Notes: generated by a model not told the origin, from the letters alone. 64,000 bases of DNA from Blastocatellia bacterium (GCA_033763135.1 JANRKY010000148.1:2277-66276); one strand, 5' to 3'. Positions 1 through 10,672 are shown, counted from the stretch's first letter. Translations and numbers: made by a program.

Positions 1-337
1 TCGCCCCGAAAGATCGACCACGGCGCGCGCCAGCGTCTCGTCCATCGGCACATAGGCCTGCCCATAGCGAACGATTCCCTTCTTGTCGCCGAGCGCGGCG
101 GCAAAGGCCTGGCCCAGACAGATCGCGATATCCTCGACCGAATGATGATCGTCGATCTCGAGGTCGCCCTTGCACGCGACTTCGAGATCGAACAGGCCGT
201 GCCGCGCCGTCAGATCGAGCATATGATCGAGAAAGGGCACGCCGGAATCGATCCGCCCCTCGCCCGAACCATCGAGATCGAGCGCGACGCGAATGTCGGT
301 CTCTTTTGTCTTTCGTCTGATCTCCGCTTTTCGCATA
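1..337 (-). CDS. hisB: imidazoleglycerol-phosphate dehydratase, N-terminal part (gene continues past window start)
   Basis: Own translation of the minus strand from the ATG at 337: [56 protein letters not shown], a typical HisB N-terminus. It lies downstream of hisC in the same orientation. Confidence 0.8.
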
Positions 338-350
338 GAACGTCGATTCC

Positions 351-689
351 TCACCGCAAAAGGCGAGGTTCTCCCAGCAAAATGGCCTTTCCATATTGAG
401 CATCGAGAATCGGCTGCCGGATTTCCGGGAGGTGCTTCTCGATTTCAGGCAGGGAGTTTCGAAAGACGCGAATGACGACAAAGCCGAGAGAAATGGAGGA
501 GATGTCCTGTTGAAAGCGTTGTCCCTTGTCCACGATAAGGAAAACGTCAAAGACCTCCTGCGCCTCTCGCAGCAGTTCCCCGTTGGTCAACTTCCCCCAG
601 CCTGTTTCGGAAGTGTGACTGACCGCTCCCAAATCGAGAAGATGCTTTTTCAGCGGCCTCGGCACGCAGTGATCCAACAGAATATTCAT
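351..689 (-). CDS. DUF5615 family PIN-like protein (putative toxin of DUF433/DUF5615 pair)
   Basis: 112-aa ORF beginning [28 protein letters not shown]. It overlaps the upstream DUF433 gene by 4 bp (ATGA), suggesting translational coupling. Confidence 0.65.
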   Translation of the reverse strand: MNILLDHCVPRPLKKHLLDLGAVSHTSETGWGKLTNGELLREAQEVFDVFLIVDKGQRFQQDISSISLGFVVIRVFRNSLPEIEKHLPEIRQPILDAQYGKAILLGEPRLLR

Positions 690-952
690 CGAAAAAGCGT
701 CTCCTGAAGCTCATTCAAAAATCGACGAACGACATCCTTCTCGATTCCGAAATGATCGGCAAAGGTATCGATGCTTTCTCCGTCTTCCAGATAATCGAAG
801 AGCGCATCGACCGGAACGCGTGTCCCGGCAAAGGTCGGCCTTCCCCACAAAACATCGGAAGATTGAGAAATCAGCGTACTGTCATATTCACGCCGATAGG
901 CAACCGTGGGCTCTCCCGAAATGACTTCTTCCACAATACTGATATTCGCCAT
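686..952 (-). CDS. DUF433 domain protein (putative antitoxin partner)
   Basis: 88-aa ORF containing GRPTFAGTRVPVDALFDYLEDGESIDTFADHFG, a DUF433-like core. It sits immediately upstream of the DUF5615 gene. Confidence 0.65.
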   Translation of the reverse strand: MANISIVEEVISGEPTVAYRREYDSTLISQSSDVLWGRPTFAGTRVPVDALFDYLEDGESIDTFADHFGIEKDVVRRFLNELQETLFR

Positions 953-980
953 ATTGCCTCCTTTTGCGCCAGTATACCAC

Positions 981-2060
981 TCACCGTTGGGAGAACAGCT
1001 GTCTGAGCTCCGCGAGCAGTTTCTGGTTCTCTTCCGGCGTTCCGACGCTGATGCGCACGCAGTCCGCGAGCATGGGCGCGGAGCTGATGTCTCGAATCAG
1101 GATCCCCCGGGCGTGAAGCGCCTGGAAGAGCTCTTTGGGCGCAATCGTCGTTCGCACACAGAAGAAGTTGGCGGCCGACGGAATGGGCGTGAGGCCGTCG
1201 ATCTTCTGCAGTTCAGCGAAGAGCCGGTCGCGTTCGGCGCGCATCTTCTCGACGAGCGGCTGCAGCAGGGCGAGATTCTCCAGGGCCGTCTCGGCGACCA
1301 TGGCCGAAAAGAAGTTGAGGCTGTAGGGCATCTTCGCCTTGTTGAACTCGCGAATCAGCGCCGGCGACGCCAGACAGTATCCGACGCGCAGCCCGCCCAT
1401 CGCCATGGCCTTGGAGAAGGTCCGCAGAATGACCATGTTCTCGTGTTCGCGAAGCAGCGCGACGAAGTCCTCGCCGCCAATTTCGAGATAGGCCTGATCG
1501 ACGACGACGATGCCGGGGCTGTTGCGCGCGATCGTCGCCAGATCGCGCGGGCTGATCGTGCAGCCCGTCGGGTTGTTCGGCGAACAGATGATCGTCAGAT
1601 CGGCCTTGCTCGTGACGACCTTGCTGGCCAGCCGCGGAAAGTTGAAGGTCAGATCCTCATTGAGCGCGACCGGAATGATCTCCCCGCCCGCGACTCGCAC
1701 CACCTGCTGATAGACCGAAAAGGTCGGCTCCGGCAGCACGACCCGCACGCCCTTCTCCACAATCGAATTGACGACCGACTGGATCATCTCGTTCGAGCCG
1801 TTGCCGGCCATGACGCCCTCGGGCATCCAGCCGGCATAAGCGGCGAGTTGCTCCAACAGCGTCGTCGGGACGAACTCCGGATACCGCGCCCAGTCATAGC
1901 GCATGGCGCGCATCATGACCTTCTCTTTCAACACGAACGGCATCCCGAACGGATTCTCGTTCTGATTCATCTTGACCGGCGCTTCCAGCGGCGCCAGCGT
2001 GTACGCGCTGATTGCGCGGACATTCGGTTTGATCTTGTCGAGAGGGGAGCCCATGGTCAT
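981..2060 (-). CDS. hisC: histidinol-phosphate aminotransferase
   Basis: 359 aa with the MNQNENPFG motif and class II aminotransferase layout. Its start overlaps the hisD stop by 4 bp. Confidence 0.9.
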   Translation of the reverse strand: MTMGSPLDKIKPNVRAISAYTLAPLEAPVKMNQNENPFGMPFVLKEKVMMRAMRYDWARYPEFVPTTLLEQLAAYAGWMPEGVMAGNGSNEMIQSVVNSIVEKGVRVVLPEPTFSVYQQVVRVAGGEIIPVALNEDLTFNFPRLASKVVTSKADLTIICSPNNPTGCTISPRDLATIARNSPGIVVVDQAYLEIGGEDFVALLREHENMVILRTFSKAMAMGGLRVGYCLASPALIREFNKAKMPYSLNFFSAMVAETALENLALLQPLVEKMRAERDRLFAELQKIDGLTPIPSAANFFCVRTTIAPKELFQALHARGILIRDISSAPMLADCVRISVGTPEENQKLLAELRQLFSQR

Positions 2061-3352
2061 TCGTACCGGATCGTCGCCGCGCGCGCGTGGGCCTCGAACC
2101 CCTCCGCGAGCGCGAGCCGTTCAATGGAGGCCGCGGTCCGCATCAATTCTTCCCGCGTGTAGCGAATGATGCTCGTCCGCTTCAGAAAATCGTAGACGCC
2201 GAGCGCCGAGGAGAAGCGCGCCGTCCCGCCCGTGGGCAGGACGTGATTGGTGCCGGCGAAATAGTCGCCGACGGGCTCGGGCGACCAGGGGCCGACAAAG
2301 ATTGCGCCCGCGTGCCGGAGCGCGGCGGCGGTGGCTTCGCTGTCGGCGGTGATGACCTCGACATGTTCCGGCGCGATCTCATCGGACAGCCGGCAGGCGG
2401 CGGCGAGCGAATCGACGACGATCAGCGCGCCGTAATCGGCCAGCGAACGCTCGACGATCGCGCGACGCGAGAGCGTCGCCGTCTGCCGGATCAGCTCTTC
2501 GCGAACGGCGTTCGCGAGGGCTTCGCTCGGCGTGATCAGAATCGCGGCCGCATCTTCCGAATGCTCCGCCTGCGAGAGCAGATCGGCGGCGACGAAATCC
2601 GCCCGCGCCGTGTCGTCCGCGATCACGACGATCTCGCTCGGCCCCGCGATCGAATCGATGTCCACCATCCCGTAGACCAGTTTCTTGGTCGCCGCGACCC
2701 AGCTGTTTCCGGGGCCGACGATCTTGTCGACGCGCGGAATCGAGGCCGTCCCGCAGGCCAGCGCCGCGACGGCCTGGGCCCCGCCGATCGTATAGACCTC
2801 GAACAATCCCAGCTCATTCAACACCGCGGCGATGACCGGGTTCTGGCGAAACTGCGCGGGCGGCGTGACGACGACGATGCGCTCCACGCCGGCGACCTGC
2901 GCGGGGATGGCGTTCATCATCACCGTCGAGGGATAGGCCGCGGTCCCGCCCGGAACATAGAGGCCGACGATCTCCAGCGGACGCACCCGCTGTCCGAGCC
3001 GGACGCCGTTTTCGCGCGGGATCTCCCAGTCCTTCGTCAACTGATGTTCGTGATAATGCCGGATGTTGCCGATGGCTTCGCGCATGGCCGCGATCAACTC
3101 GTCATCGACCTGCGCGGCGAGCGCCTCGATCTCGGCCCGCTCGACGCGCAGCGTCGCCGGCGTCAGCGCGACCCCGTCGAATCGCGCGGTGAATTCGATC
3201 AACGCGTCATCGCCCCGCTCGCGGATCTCGCGAAGAATCGCGTCCGCGCGGGTGAGAATGTCGCTGTTGAGCCCGATTCCGCGGTTCAGAATCCGGCTGA
3301 TCTTTGCTTCCCCCTTCGCGGAGGTTCCGGCGAACTTCAAGATATCGATCAT
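2057..3352 (-). CDS. hisD: histidinol dehydrogenase
   Basis: 431 aa with conserved HisD blocks (IVDIDSIAGPSEIVVIAD, HSEDAAAILITPS). Confidence 0.9.
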   Translation of the reverse strand: MIDILKFAGTSAKGEAKISRILNRGIGLNSDILTRADAILREIRERGDDALIEFTARFDGVALTPATLRVERAEIEALAAQVDDELIAAMREAIGNIRHYHEHQLTKDWEIPRENGVRLGQRVRPLEIVGLYVPGGTAAYPSTVMMNAIPAQVAGVERIVVVTPPAQFRQNPVIAAVLNELGLFEVYTIGGAQAVAALACGTASIPRVDKIVGPGNSWVAATKKLVYGMVDIDSIAGPSEIVVIADDTARADFVAADLLSQAEHSEDAAAILITPSEALANAVREELIRQTATLSRRAIVERSLADYGALIVVDSLAAACRLSDEIAPEHVEVITADSEATAAALRHAGAIFVGPWSPEPVGDYFAGTNHVLPTGGTARFSSALGVYDFLKRTSIIRYTREELMRTAASIERLALAEGFEAHARAATIRYE

Positions 3353-3402
3353 ACGTGTCCGTTCCGAGCTGAATCAAAGCACCAGGCATCGAGACGGTCT
3401 CA

Positions 3403-3452
3403 CCACGGGGAGCACGGGGAAAAACCCATCTTTTCCCCGTGCTCCCCGTGGT
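3403..3452. repeat. CACGGGG-unit palindromic element, copy A (ccacggggagcacgggga .. tccccgtgctccccgtgg)
   Basis: Perfect 18-bp inverted repeat in the hisG-hisD intergenic region. Related copies lie at 26557..26631 and 35300..35345. Confidence 0.85.
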
Positions 3453-3504
3453 TCATCTTCTCGTGTCTAAATGTGCCTGGGCCTGATTTAACGCCCAGGC
3501 CCGC

Positions 3505-4138
<634 letters not shown>

Positions 4139-4152
<14 letters not shown>

Positions 4153-5293
4153 GGATCTTCACCCTCTTCTCTTGCTCGCGCAGGCCGCGCGCCTGCCGAA
4201 ACGCATTCGCGAGATCGCCCTCGCACGAAACCGGCGGCGCGCCGTTCGCGCCGAGCTCCGGCGGCGGCGAGGCGTTTCGCGCGACCGCGCCGACCAGCCC
4301 GTCGAGCGCAAAGGAGAATCCGACGGCCGGCTCCGCCTCGCCGAAATTGCCGATCAGGTTGTCATAGCGGCCGCCGCCCCCGATCTCGACGCCCCAGTGG
4401 GGAACATACACCTTGAAGGTCAGCCCCGTGTAATATTCGAGGCCGCCCGTGTCGCCGAGGTCGATATCGAAATTCTCCGCGAGCCCGAGCTCGGTCAGCG
4501 TCGCATAGATCCGCGCCAGGTGATCGATCGCCTCCCGGGAGCGCTGATTGAGCAGGATCTCCCGGGCCCGCTGAATCGCATCCTCCTTGCCCGCAAGCTG
4601 AATCAGGCGACTGAACCCCGCGCGGCGCGCCGGCTCGATCTGCGCGGCGTGGGCCTGCAGAAAGCGGTCGAGCGCCAGACTGTTTCGCCGGTCGATCAGC
4701 TCGCGAAGCTCCGCGCGCCGCCCCGCGTCGAGCGTCAGAAAATCGGCCACGCCATTGAAAAAATCGACGTGGGAGAGCGCGATCCGAAATCCCCGCAGGC
4801 CGAGCGACGAGAGCACCTCGGCGGCCACCAGCAGCACCTCGATGTCGGCGACGATGTCCGGCTGCCCGATATGCTCGACGCCCAGCTGATAGAACTCCCG
4901 CGCCGCCCGCTCCGTCGGCTCGTCATACCGAAAGACCTCGCCGGAATAACAGAGCCGCACCGGACGCGGCTTCCGCTTGAACCGCGTGGCCACCGTCCGC
5001 GCGACCAGCGACGTCAGCTCCGGTCGCAGCGCCAGCAGCGCCCCGTCGCGATCGACGAATCGATAGGTCCGCTCCGCCTTCTCGTCGCCCATCCCGCGCG
5101 CGAACAGATCGTGATAATCGAACATCGGCAGGATGATCTCGTCGTACGACCAGCCCGCGAAGATCTCCATCGCGCGCCGCTCGACGTGTCGGCGCAGCTT
5201 CACTTCCTCATCGAAGAAATATTGCACCCCGGCCGGAATTTTGGTGAGTGATGACATACGATCGCTTTCAAAACGGTCTGTCCACGAAGTCAC
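4139..5293 (-). CDS. hisZ: ATP phosphoribosyltransferase regulatory subunit (HisRS-like)
   Basis: 384-aa HisRS paralog lacking an anticodon-binding domain, next to short-form hisG. The true start is probably the ATG at about 5255 (MSSLTKIPAGVQYF). The upstream extension to the GTG at 5293 is encoded by the CACGAAG palindrome arm. Confidence 0.8.
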
Positions 5294-5352
5294 ACGAAGA
5301 AAGGAAATATCTTCTGTCTATCCCTCTCTTCGTGCTTCTTCGTGTGTCTTCG
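5280..5352. repeat. CACGAAG-unit palindromic element (ccacgaagtcacacgaagaa .. ttcttcgtgtgtcttcgtgg)
   Basis: Inverted repeat spanning the thrB stop and hisZ start region. A second copy lies at 32986..33048 between rlmD and comEC. Confidence 0.85.
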
Positions 5353-6301
5353 TGGATGAATCTTTTCCTTGTCGAATCCGCCGCCCCTGATTATCGACGG
5401 TGACCTCCATCGCCCGGGCGGCGACGCCGGCGGCGGCCAGTCGGTCCGTCATGGTCGCGGCGATCCCCGCGCAGTTGCCCGAGGCGAAGGCGATCATCGT
5501 GGAGCCCGCGCCGCTGATGGCGACGCCGAGCAGGCCCGGATGCCTGTGCGTCTCGTCATTGAGTTTCAGCACGTCGCTCAGGCCCGGCGCGAGCGGCGCG
5601 CGATAGGGTTGATGCAGCAGATCCCGCAGCGCCTCATTGAGCAGATCGAACCGCTTCTCGGCCAGCGCGGCCTGCAGCAGCGCCGCGCGCTGCAGGTTAT
5701 AGATCGCGTCGTGGCGCGAGACCATTTTCGGCAGGACGGCGCGCATTCGCGCAGTCTCCATCTCGATCTCGGGGATGCAGACGACGATCTTCACTTCCTC
5801 GGGCCAGGGACGGCGGACCGCAATCAGCGCGCGCCGCTCATTGCCGGAATAGTCGACGCCCTCCCGAACGACGGCAACGACCATCCCGCCGAGCATGCTC
5901 GGCGCCAGATTGTCGCCGTGCCCCTCGAAGTGGAGCGCATAATTGAAGAACTCGTCATGATCGAGCGTCTCTCCCGCGAGCGCCTCATAGACCGACAGCC
6001 CGGCGATGATCGCGCTGCTGCTGCTGCCCAGCCCCCGCGAAAGCGGAATCTCGCTGTCGACGTGCAGGCGCGCGCCGGGAATGCGCCGTTTGCGCTGCTC
6101 GGCGGCGTGAAGCGCCGCGCGAACGATCAGATTCGTCTCGTCCCGGGGCACCTTCTCGGCGCCTTCCCCGGTCGGCACGATCTCGAAACCGCTCTCCCGC
6201 GGCTCCACCCGGATTCGAAGGTGGAGCGAAAGCGCCAGGCCACAGGTGTCGAAACTCGCCCCCAGATTCGACGTGGAGGCTGGAACGATGATCTCGGTCA
6301 T
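5318..6301 (-). CDS. thrB: homoserine kinase
   Basis: 327-aa GHMP kinase with motif [16 protein letters not shown]. The last 10 codons ([10 protein letters not shown]) are encoded by an arm of the CACGAAG palindrome. Confidence 0.85.
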   Translation of the reverse strand: MTEIIVPASTSNLGASFDTCGLALSLHLRIRVEPRESGFEIVPTGEGAEKVPRDETNLIVRAALHAAEQRKRRIPGARLHVDSEIPLSRGLGSSSSAIIAGLSVYEALAGETLDHDEFFNYALHFEGHGDNLAPSMLGGMVVAVVREGVDYSGNERRALIAVRRPWPEEVKIVVCIPEIEMETARMRAVLPKMVSRHDAIYNLQRAALLQAALAEKRFDLLNEALRDLLHQPYRAPLAPGLSDVLKLNDETHRHPGLLGVAISGAGSTMIAFASGNCAGIAATMTDRLAAAGVAARAMEVTVDNQGRRIRQGKDSSTKTHEEARREG

Positions 6302-6322
6302 AGATAAAAGATGCCGGGCGAC

Positions 6323-7360
6323 TCACGCCCCGATATAGCGAGAATAGAGCGAACGGGCGATGTTCGGATCATCCGTCCCCTTGATGATGCTGCGCGCATC
6401 CGAGAAGACCGTGATCTCGTGCTCTCCCAGGAGAAATTTCAGCAAAAAGCGATTGTAGCTCACCTCTCCCAGATCGCGGAGCTGCGCGGCGAGCAACTCG
6501 AAATCGATCGCGCCGGGCGCGGCCGGGGTGATCTGCACGGCATTCCGGCCGCAGAGCGCGGCGACCATCTGCCCGCCGCGGACGCTGAGATACTCGAAGC
6601 GCCCCTCGCCGCAGGTCGGGCAGTCCGGCATGCGTTCGCGGACATTGAGCCGCGTAAAGGAGTTGAGCCAGAGATCGAACTGCATCAGCGCCCCGTGCAG
6701 CCGATCGAACTGGCCGGTCAGCAGTTTGAGGGTCTCGGCGATCTGATACGACGAGATGGTCGCGATGATCGGCAGGATCACGCCGGCCGTGTCGCACGTC
6801 GGCGACGTCCCGGGCGGCGGCATCTCGGGAAAGACGCAGCGCAGACAAGGCGTCACGCCCGGACGAATCGTCATCTGCACGCCATAGGCGCCGACCGCCG
6901 CGCCGTAGACCCAGGGCTTCCCCAGCTTGACGGCCGCGTCATTGAGCAGAAACCGCACCTCGAAATTGTCCGCCCCATCCAGCACGACATCCACGTCCTG
7001 AATCAGCGCTTCGATATTGGCGTAGTTGACGTCCTTGACGACGGCCTCGACCGCCACGTCCGAGTTGATGCGATTGACGCGCGCGGCGGCGGCCACCGCC
7101 TTCGGAAGCCGGTCGGCGACGTCGCGCTCCTCGAACATGATCTGCCGGTGAAGATTCGACTCTTCGATAAAGTCGCGGTCCACCAGCCGCAGAAAGCCGA
7201 CGCCCGCGCGCGCCAGCATCTCAGCCTGCATCGCGCCGAGCGCGCCGCAACCGATGATGGTCACGCGACTCGCGGCCAGTCGCTCCTGCCCTTGTCTGCC
7301 GATGCCGGAAAAGAGAATTTGGCGGGAATATCTGTCGGGATTGGGAGAAGCTGCATCCAT
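6323..7360 (-). CDS. ThiF/MoeB-family E1-like adenylyltransferase with about 95-aa C-terminal extension
   Basis: 345 aa. The N-terminus reads [33 protein letters not shown] (a Rossmann nucleotide-binding motif). Two CxxC pairs are present (CLRC, CPTCGEG). The C-terminal tail is uncharacterized. Confidence 0.7.
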   Translation of the reverse strand: MDAASPNPDRYSRQILFSGIGRQGQERLAASRVTIIGCGALGAMQAEMLARAGVGFLRLVDRDFIEESNLHRQIMFEERDVADRLPKAVAAAARVNRINSDVAVEAVVKDVNYANIEALIQDVDVVLDGADNFEVRFLLNDAAVKLGKPWVYGAAVGAYGVQMTIRPGVTPCLRCVFPEMPPPGTSPTCDTAGVILPIIATISSYQIAETLKLLTGQFDRLHGALMQFDLWLNSFTRLNVRERMPDCPTCGEGRFEYLSVRGGQMVAALCGRNAVQITPAAPGAIDFELLAAQLRDLGEVSYNRFLLKFLLGEHEITVFSDARSIIKGTDDPNIARSLYSRYIGA

Positions 7361-7465
7361 TGTCGATCTTGTGCCTGTACCGCCGCTGAAGGCGGTTTGC
7401 GGGGAGCTGCCGTCCCATCGCCGCGTCGCCGCGTCGCGGGCCGCCTCGCTCCCCGCACCTGCCGT

Positions 7466-8122
7466 CTACTTCGTGGTCTTGATCAGAATTTCGGTCCCGC
7501 GTTCGAGCTTGACCTTGCTGCTGCCCTGAATGTACGTCGAGCCGGCGCCGACGCCGGCGCCGATCGCCGCGCCGATCGCCGCGCCCTTGCCGCCGCCGGC
7601 AATGCCGCCGACGATCGCGCCGAGGGCCGCGCCGCCGCCCGTGCGAACCGCGGTCGTCGTCCCCTTGCTGCCGCTCTTGACGTTGCCCTCTTCATCGACT
7701 TCCTTGACGGAATCCTCGCCATAGACCTTGACGACCTGGGCCGCGGTCGGAATCGTCTCGCCGGTCTTCAGGCGAACCGTGTCGAAAGAGAGCGAGATCT
7801 CGGTCTTGCCCTTCAGTTTGCCCGACTGGTTGATCTTGGCGATATGGCCTTCCACCGTCGCATCGGCATATTTGCTCGGCGTCAGGATGACGGCTCGGAA
7901 CTTGTCGCCGTCGTTCGCGCTCTTGGTGTCGATCTCATCCTCCAACCGGATCTTCATCTCGGTTCCGCGCGGAATGGTGGGCGCAGCCGGCTTCGCGGCC
8001 GCCCGCCGCTTGACCGTGCTCGATTTCGACTTCCGGGTCGTCTGCGCGCCCGCCTCGATCGAGGTCAGCGCCAGAATCACCAGACAGATGACGGCCAGAA
8101 AACGTGTCGATCCCTGATACAT
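7466..8122 (-). CDS. secreted protein with C-terminal glycine-zipper segment
   Basis: 218 aa with an N-terminal signal peptide ([19 protein letters not shown]). The C-terminus is [33 protein letters not shown], a Gly-zipper. Confidence 0.5.
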   Translation of the reverse strand: MYQGSTRFLAVICLVILALTSIEAGAQTTRKSKSSTVKRRAAAKPAAPTIPRGTEMKIRLEDEIDTKSANDGDKFRAVILTPSKYADATVEGHIAKINQSGKLKGKTEISLSFDTVRLKTGETIPTAAQVVKVYGEDSVKEVDEEGNVKSGSKGTTTAVRTGGGAALGAIVGGIAGGGKGAAIGAAIGAGVGAGSTYIQGSSKVKLERGTEILIKTTK

Positions 8123-8248
8123 GATGGTCTCCTCCTATTTCGTTCTCGTGAATCATGATTCGTTTTGGGGAGTGCTTATTAAGAGCTGAAGCTTAACAAC
8201 AAATCCGCAATGAGGCAAAACCCCGGCATCGAAAGCCCGGCCCTCCAT

Positions 8249-8276
8249 TTACTAAGCCGGTCCCGATCCCTATAAT
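8249..8276 (+). promoter_or_regulatory. possible promoter for the CaCA antiporter gene (TTACTA-N16-TATAAT)
   Basis: ttactaagccggtcccgatccctataat in the low-GC divergent intergenic region, about 100 nt upstream of the start. Confidence 0.3.
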
Positions 8277-8373
8277 CGGCGCTTTCAATCACGACACTAC
8301 CCGCGGCTCATTCCGCAAATCCCTGGGAACCGAGACGGTACGAGAACTGCGTCAGGTCGCAACAATCCAAACT

Positions 8374-9465
8374 ATGCTGAAAAAACTATTTTCGCCCCAA
8401 AATCTGCTCAACTGGTTTCTGATCTTCGTTCCGATCGCCGCGGCGTTGGAGTTTACGCACGCGAATCCGATCGCGATCTTCGCGGCGTCGGCGCTGGCGA
8501 TCATTCCGCTGGCGGGGTGGATGGGACGGGCGACCGAGCATCTGGCGGAGAAGATGGGACAGGGCGTCGGCGGCCTGCTCAACGCGACGTTCGGCAATGC
8601 CGCGGAGCTGATCATTGCGCTGATGGCGCTGCGCAAGGGGCTTTATGATGTCGTCAAGGCCTCGATCACGGGCTCGATCATCGGAAATATTCTGCTGGTG
8701 CTCGGCCTGAGCATTCTTTTCGGCGGGTTGAAATATCCGCGGCAGGTCTTCAACAAGACGGCGGCCATGCTCGGCTCGACGCTGCTGACGCTGTCGGCCA
8801 TCGCGCTGGTGATGCCGGGCGTCTTTCACCTTCTGACGGTCGGAAAACCGAATGCGAACGAACAGGACCTGAGCCTGGAGATCGCCGTCGTCCTGATCAT
8901 CACCTATGTGCTGAGCCTGATCTTCACGCTCCGAACCCACTCCCATCTCTACACCGGCGGCGTGGACGAACACTCCGAGGAAGAGGCAATCGGCACCCAC
9001 GGATGGAGCCAGACGAAATCGGTCTCGATCCTGCTCGGCGCCACGGTCCTCGTCGCCGTGATGAGCGAATTCCTCGTCGGCGCGGTCGAGGCGGCTTCGC
9101 ACCAGCTCGGTCTGACCGAGGTCTTCGTCGGCGTCATCCTCGTCGCAATCATCGGCAATGCCGCGGAGCACTCGACGGCCGTCCTCGTCGCAATGAAGAA
9201 CAAGATGGATCTCGCGCTCAATATCGCCATCGGCTCCAGCATGCAGGTCGCGCTCTTCGTCGCGCCCGTTCTGGTCTTCGCCAGCTATCTCTTCGAAAAG
9301 CCGATGAATCTGCTCTTCACGCCGCTCGAAATCGTCGCCGTCACCGTTTCGGTGCTGATTGTCACCATGATCTCCCAGGACGGCGAGTCGAACTGGATGG
9401 AAGGCGTGCTGCTGCTGGCCGTCTACACCATCCTCGGACTGACCTTCTATTTCCTCCCGGCCTGA
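8374..9465 (+). CDS. Ca2+/H+ antiporter (CaCA/CAX family)
   Basis: 363 aa, polytopic. It has two alpha-repeat GNAAE motifs ([13 protein letters not shown] and [16 protein letters not shown]) typical of cation/Ca2+ exchangers. Confidence 0.85.
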   Translation: MLKKLFSPQNLLNWFLIFVPIAAALEFTHANPIAIFAASALAIIPLAGWMGRATEHLAEKMGQGVGGLLNATFGNAAELIIALMALRKGLYDVVKASITGSIIGNILLVLGLSILFGGLKYPRQVFNKTAAMLGSTLLTLSAIALVMPGVFHLLTVGKPNANEQDLSLEIAVVLIITYVLSLIFTLRTHSHLYTGGVDEHSEEEAIGTHGWSQTKSVSILLGATVLVAVMSEFLVGAVEAASHQLGLTEVFVGVILVAIIGNAAEHSTAVLVAMKNKMDLALNIAIGSSMQVALFVAPVLVFASYLFEKPMNLLFTPLEIVAVTVSVLIVTMISQDGESNWMEGVLLLAVYTILGLTFYFLPA

Positions 9466-9508
9466 CGGGAAATGGGCTGCGAATGAACGCGAATCTTCCC
9501 GGAGGAAT

Positions 9509-9597
9509 GGACAGGATGAACAGGATTTTTCAGGATTAACAGGACCCCGCATTGGCGGGCAATCCTGTCGATCCTGAAAAATCCTGTTCATCCTGTC
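9509..9597. repeat. CAGGAT-unit palindromic element (ggacaggatgaacaggatttttcaggatt .. aatcctgaaaaatcctgttcatcctgtc); candidate bidirectional terminator
   Basis: Roughly 90-bp imperfect palindrome between the convergent CaCA gene and the HExxH gene. Its 29-mer ggacaggatgaacaggatttttcaggatt is identical to the copy at 14017. Confidence 0.8.
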
Positions 9598-9699
9598 TAT
9601 TCTTCACCGTCCGAAGGTTGCCGGGCCAGATTCAGGCGTGGATTTCATGTTTCAACCCATTCGTGTTCATTCGTGGCCAACCCACTTCTTCCTGTTCAA

Positions 9700-10467
9700 T
9701 CACGGCGCGACGGCCGCGGCGGCTTTGGCGCGAGCGGCCTTGCTGGCGACCAGTTCCTTCCAGACCAGAACCTCCATGGCCTCCGCCTGTCGTTCCAGCG
9801 ACTCCAGCAGTTCGTCCCGCCGCGACAGCCGCCGCTTCAGATCCGCGGGAATGAACTCGCTCTTCCGCCGCGGCTGAAATTTCAGCAACAGTTCATTCGT
9901 CTTTTCGACCGATTCTTCCACCAGCTTCGTGCGATCGATGCTTGTCAGAATATGGACGGCATGAGAGAGCTCGTGCCCGAGCACCTCGACATACCGCTCC
10001 TCCCGATTCAACTTCTCGAAGGGAACGAACCCATCCGCCCGCGCGACATTGGGCCCGACATACGCCAGATCGATATTGGACAGATTGAGCTTGATCGCGC
10101 CGATGTGCCGCTCGCCCCGCGGATCGGAACGCTCAATGATGAAATTTCCCGCCGTGCAGGTCGCCACCCGGGCGTTTCGCGTCACCTCGACATACACCGT
10201 ATGCCCGCTGGTCTCGATCCATTGCCACATCCCCCACAATGTCGGATGCAGCGGCTGGTGATTCGCATCCACCGCCAGCGCAATCGTCTCGATCGCCTTC
10301 CACCGCGCCAGTTCCTTGCCCGAAAGCCGGGTCGTGACCAACCCCGACGGCTCCGCGCTCGCGGACTCCTTCCACGGAGCCCCCTCCTGCGCCATCGCGG
10401 ATATTGAAAATAATACGGCTGTCAGCAGCGCACATTGCGCCGCAGCCATCCACTGACGCTGCAGCAT
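9700..10467 (-). CDS. secreted hypothetical protein with HExxH motif (putative zinc metallopeptidase)
   Basis: 255 aa with a signal peptide and a HELSHAVH motif. No further family assignment is possible from sequence alone. Confidence 0.45.
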   Translation of the reverse strand: MLQRQWMAAAQCALLTAVLFSISAMAQEGAPWKESASAEPSGLVTTRLSGKELARWKAIETIALAVDANHQPLHPTLWGMWQWIETSGHTVYVEVTRNARVATCTAGNFIIERSDPRGERHIGAIKLNLSNIDLAYVGPNVARADGFVPFEKLNREERYVEVLGHELSHAVHILTSIDRTKLVEESVEKTNELLLKFQPRRKSEFIPADLKRRLSRRDELLESLERQAEAMEVLVWKELVASKAARAKAAAAVAP

Positions 10468-10672
10468 ATGGCATCCTCTGCAAAGCTATTGATTGTCCGG
10501 GGCTGATTTCTTCTGGTGAAGATCGTTTACGTGAATACGTTCGCGGGGGAGCTGACCGTTCGATTATAGTCGAGATCCTCTTTCAGGCGGTACCGTTTTC
10601 TTCAGGAAAATTCCCGCCTCCTCCTGCAAAGAAAGAAAGAGAGGCTCTTTGGGAATTGCCGTGCAACCAGAA

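Noticed and set aside
906-2162. 418-aa plus-strand ORF antisense to hisC
   Set aside because: It overlaps a well-supported gene on the other strand and has an Arg/Ala/Gly-rich composition typical of spurious ORFs in high-GC DNA. The same applies to 2087..3571, 3532..4416, 3989..5251, 5369..6307, 6311..8158, 8386..9591, 12061..13839, 14352..15497, 16536..17972, 18995..21178, 23027..25735, 27717..29030, 30157..31962, 31409..33007, 35491..36345, 37536..39758, 41366..44305, 49933..51333, 53600..56164 and 61501..63774.
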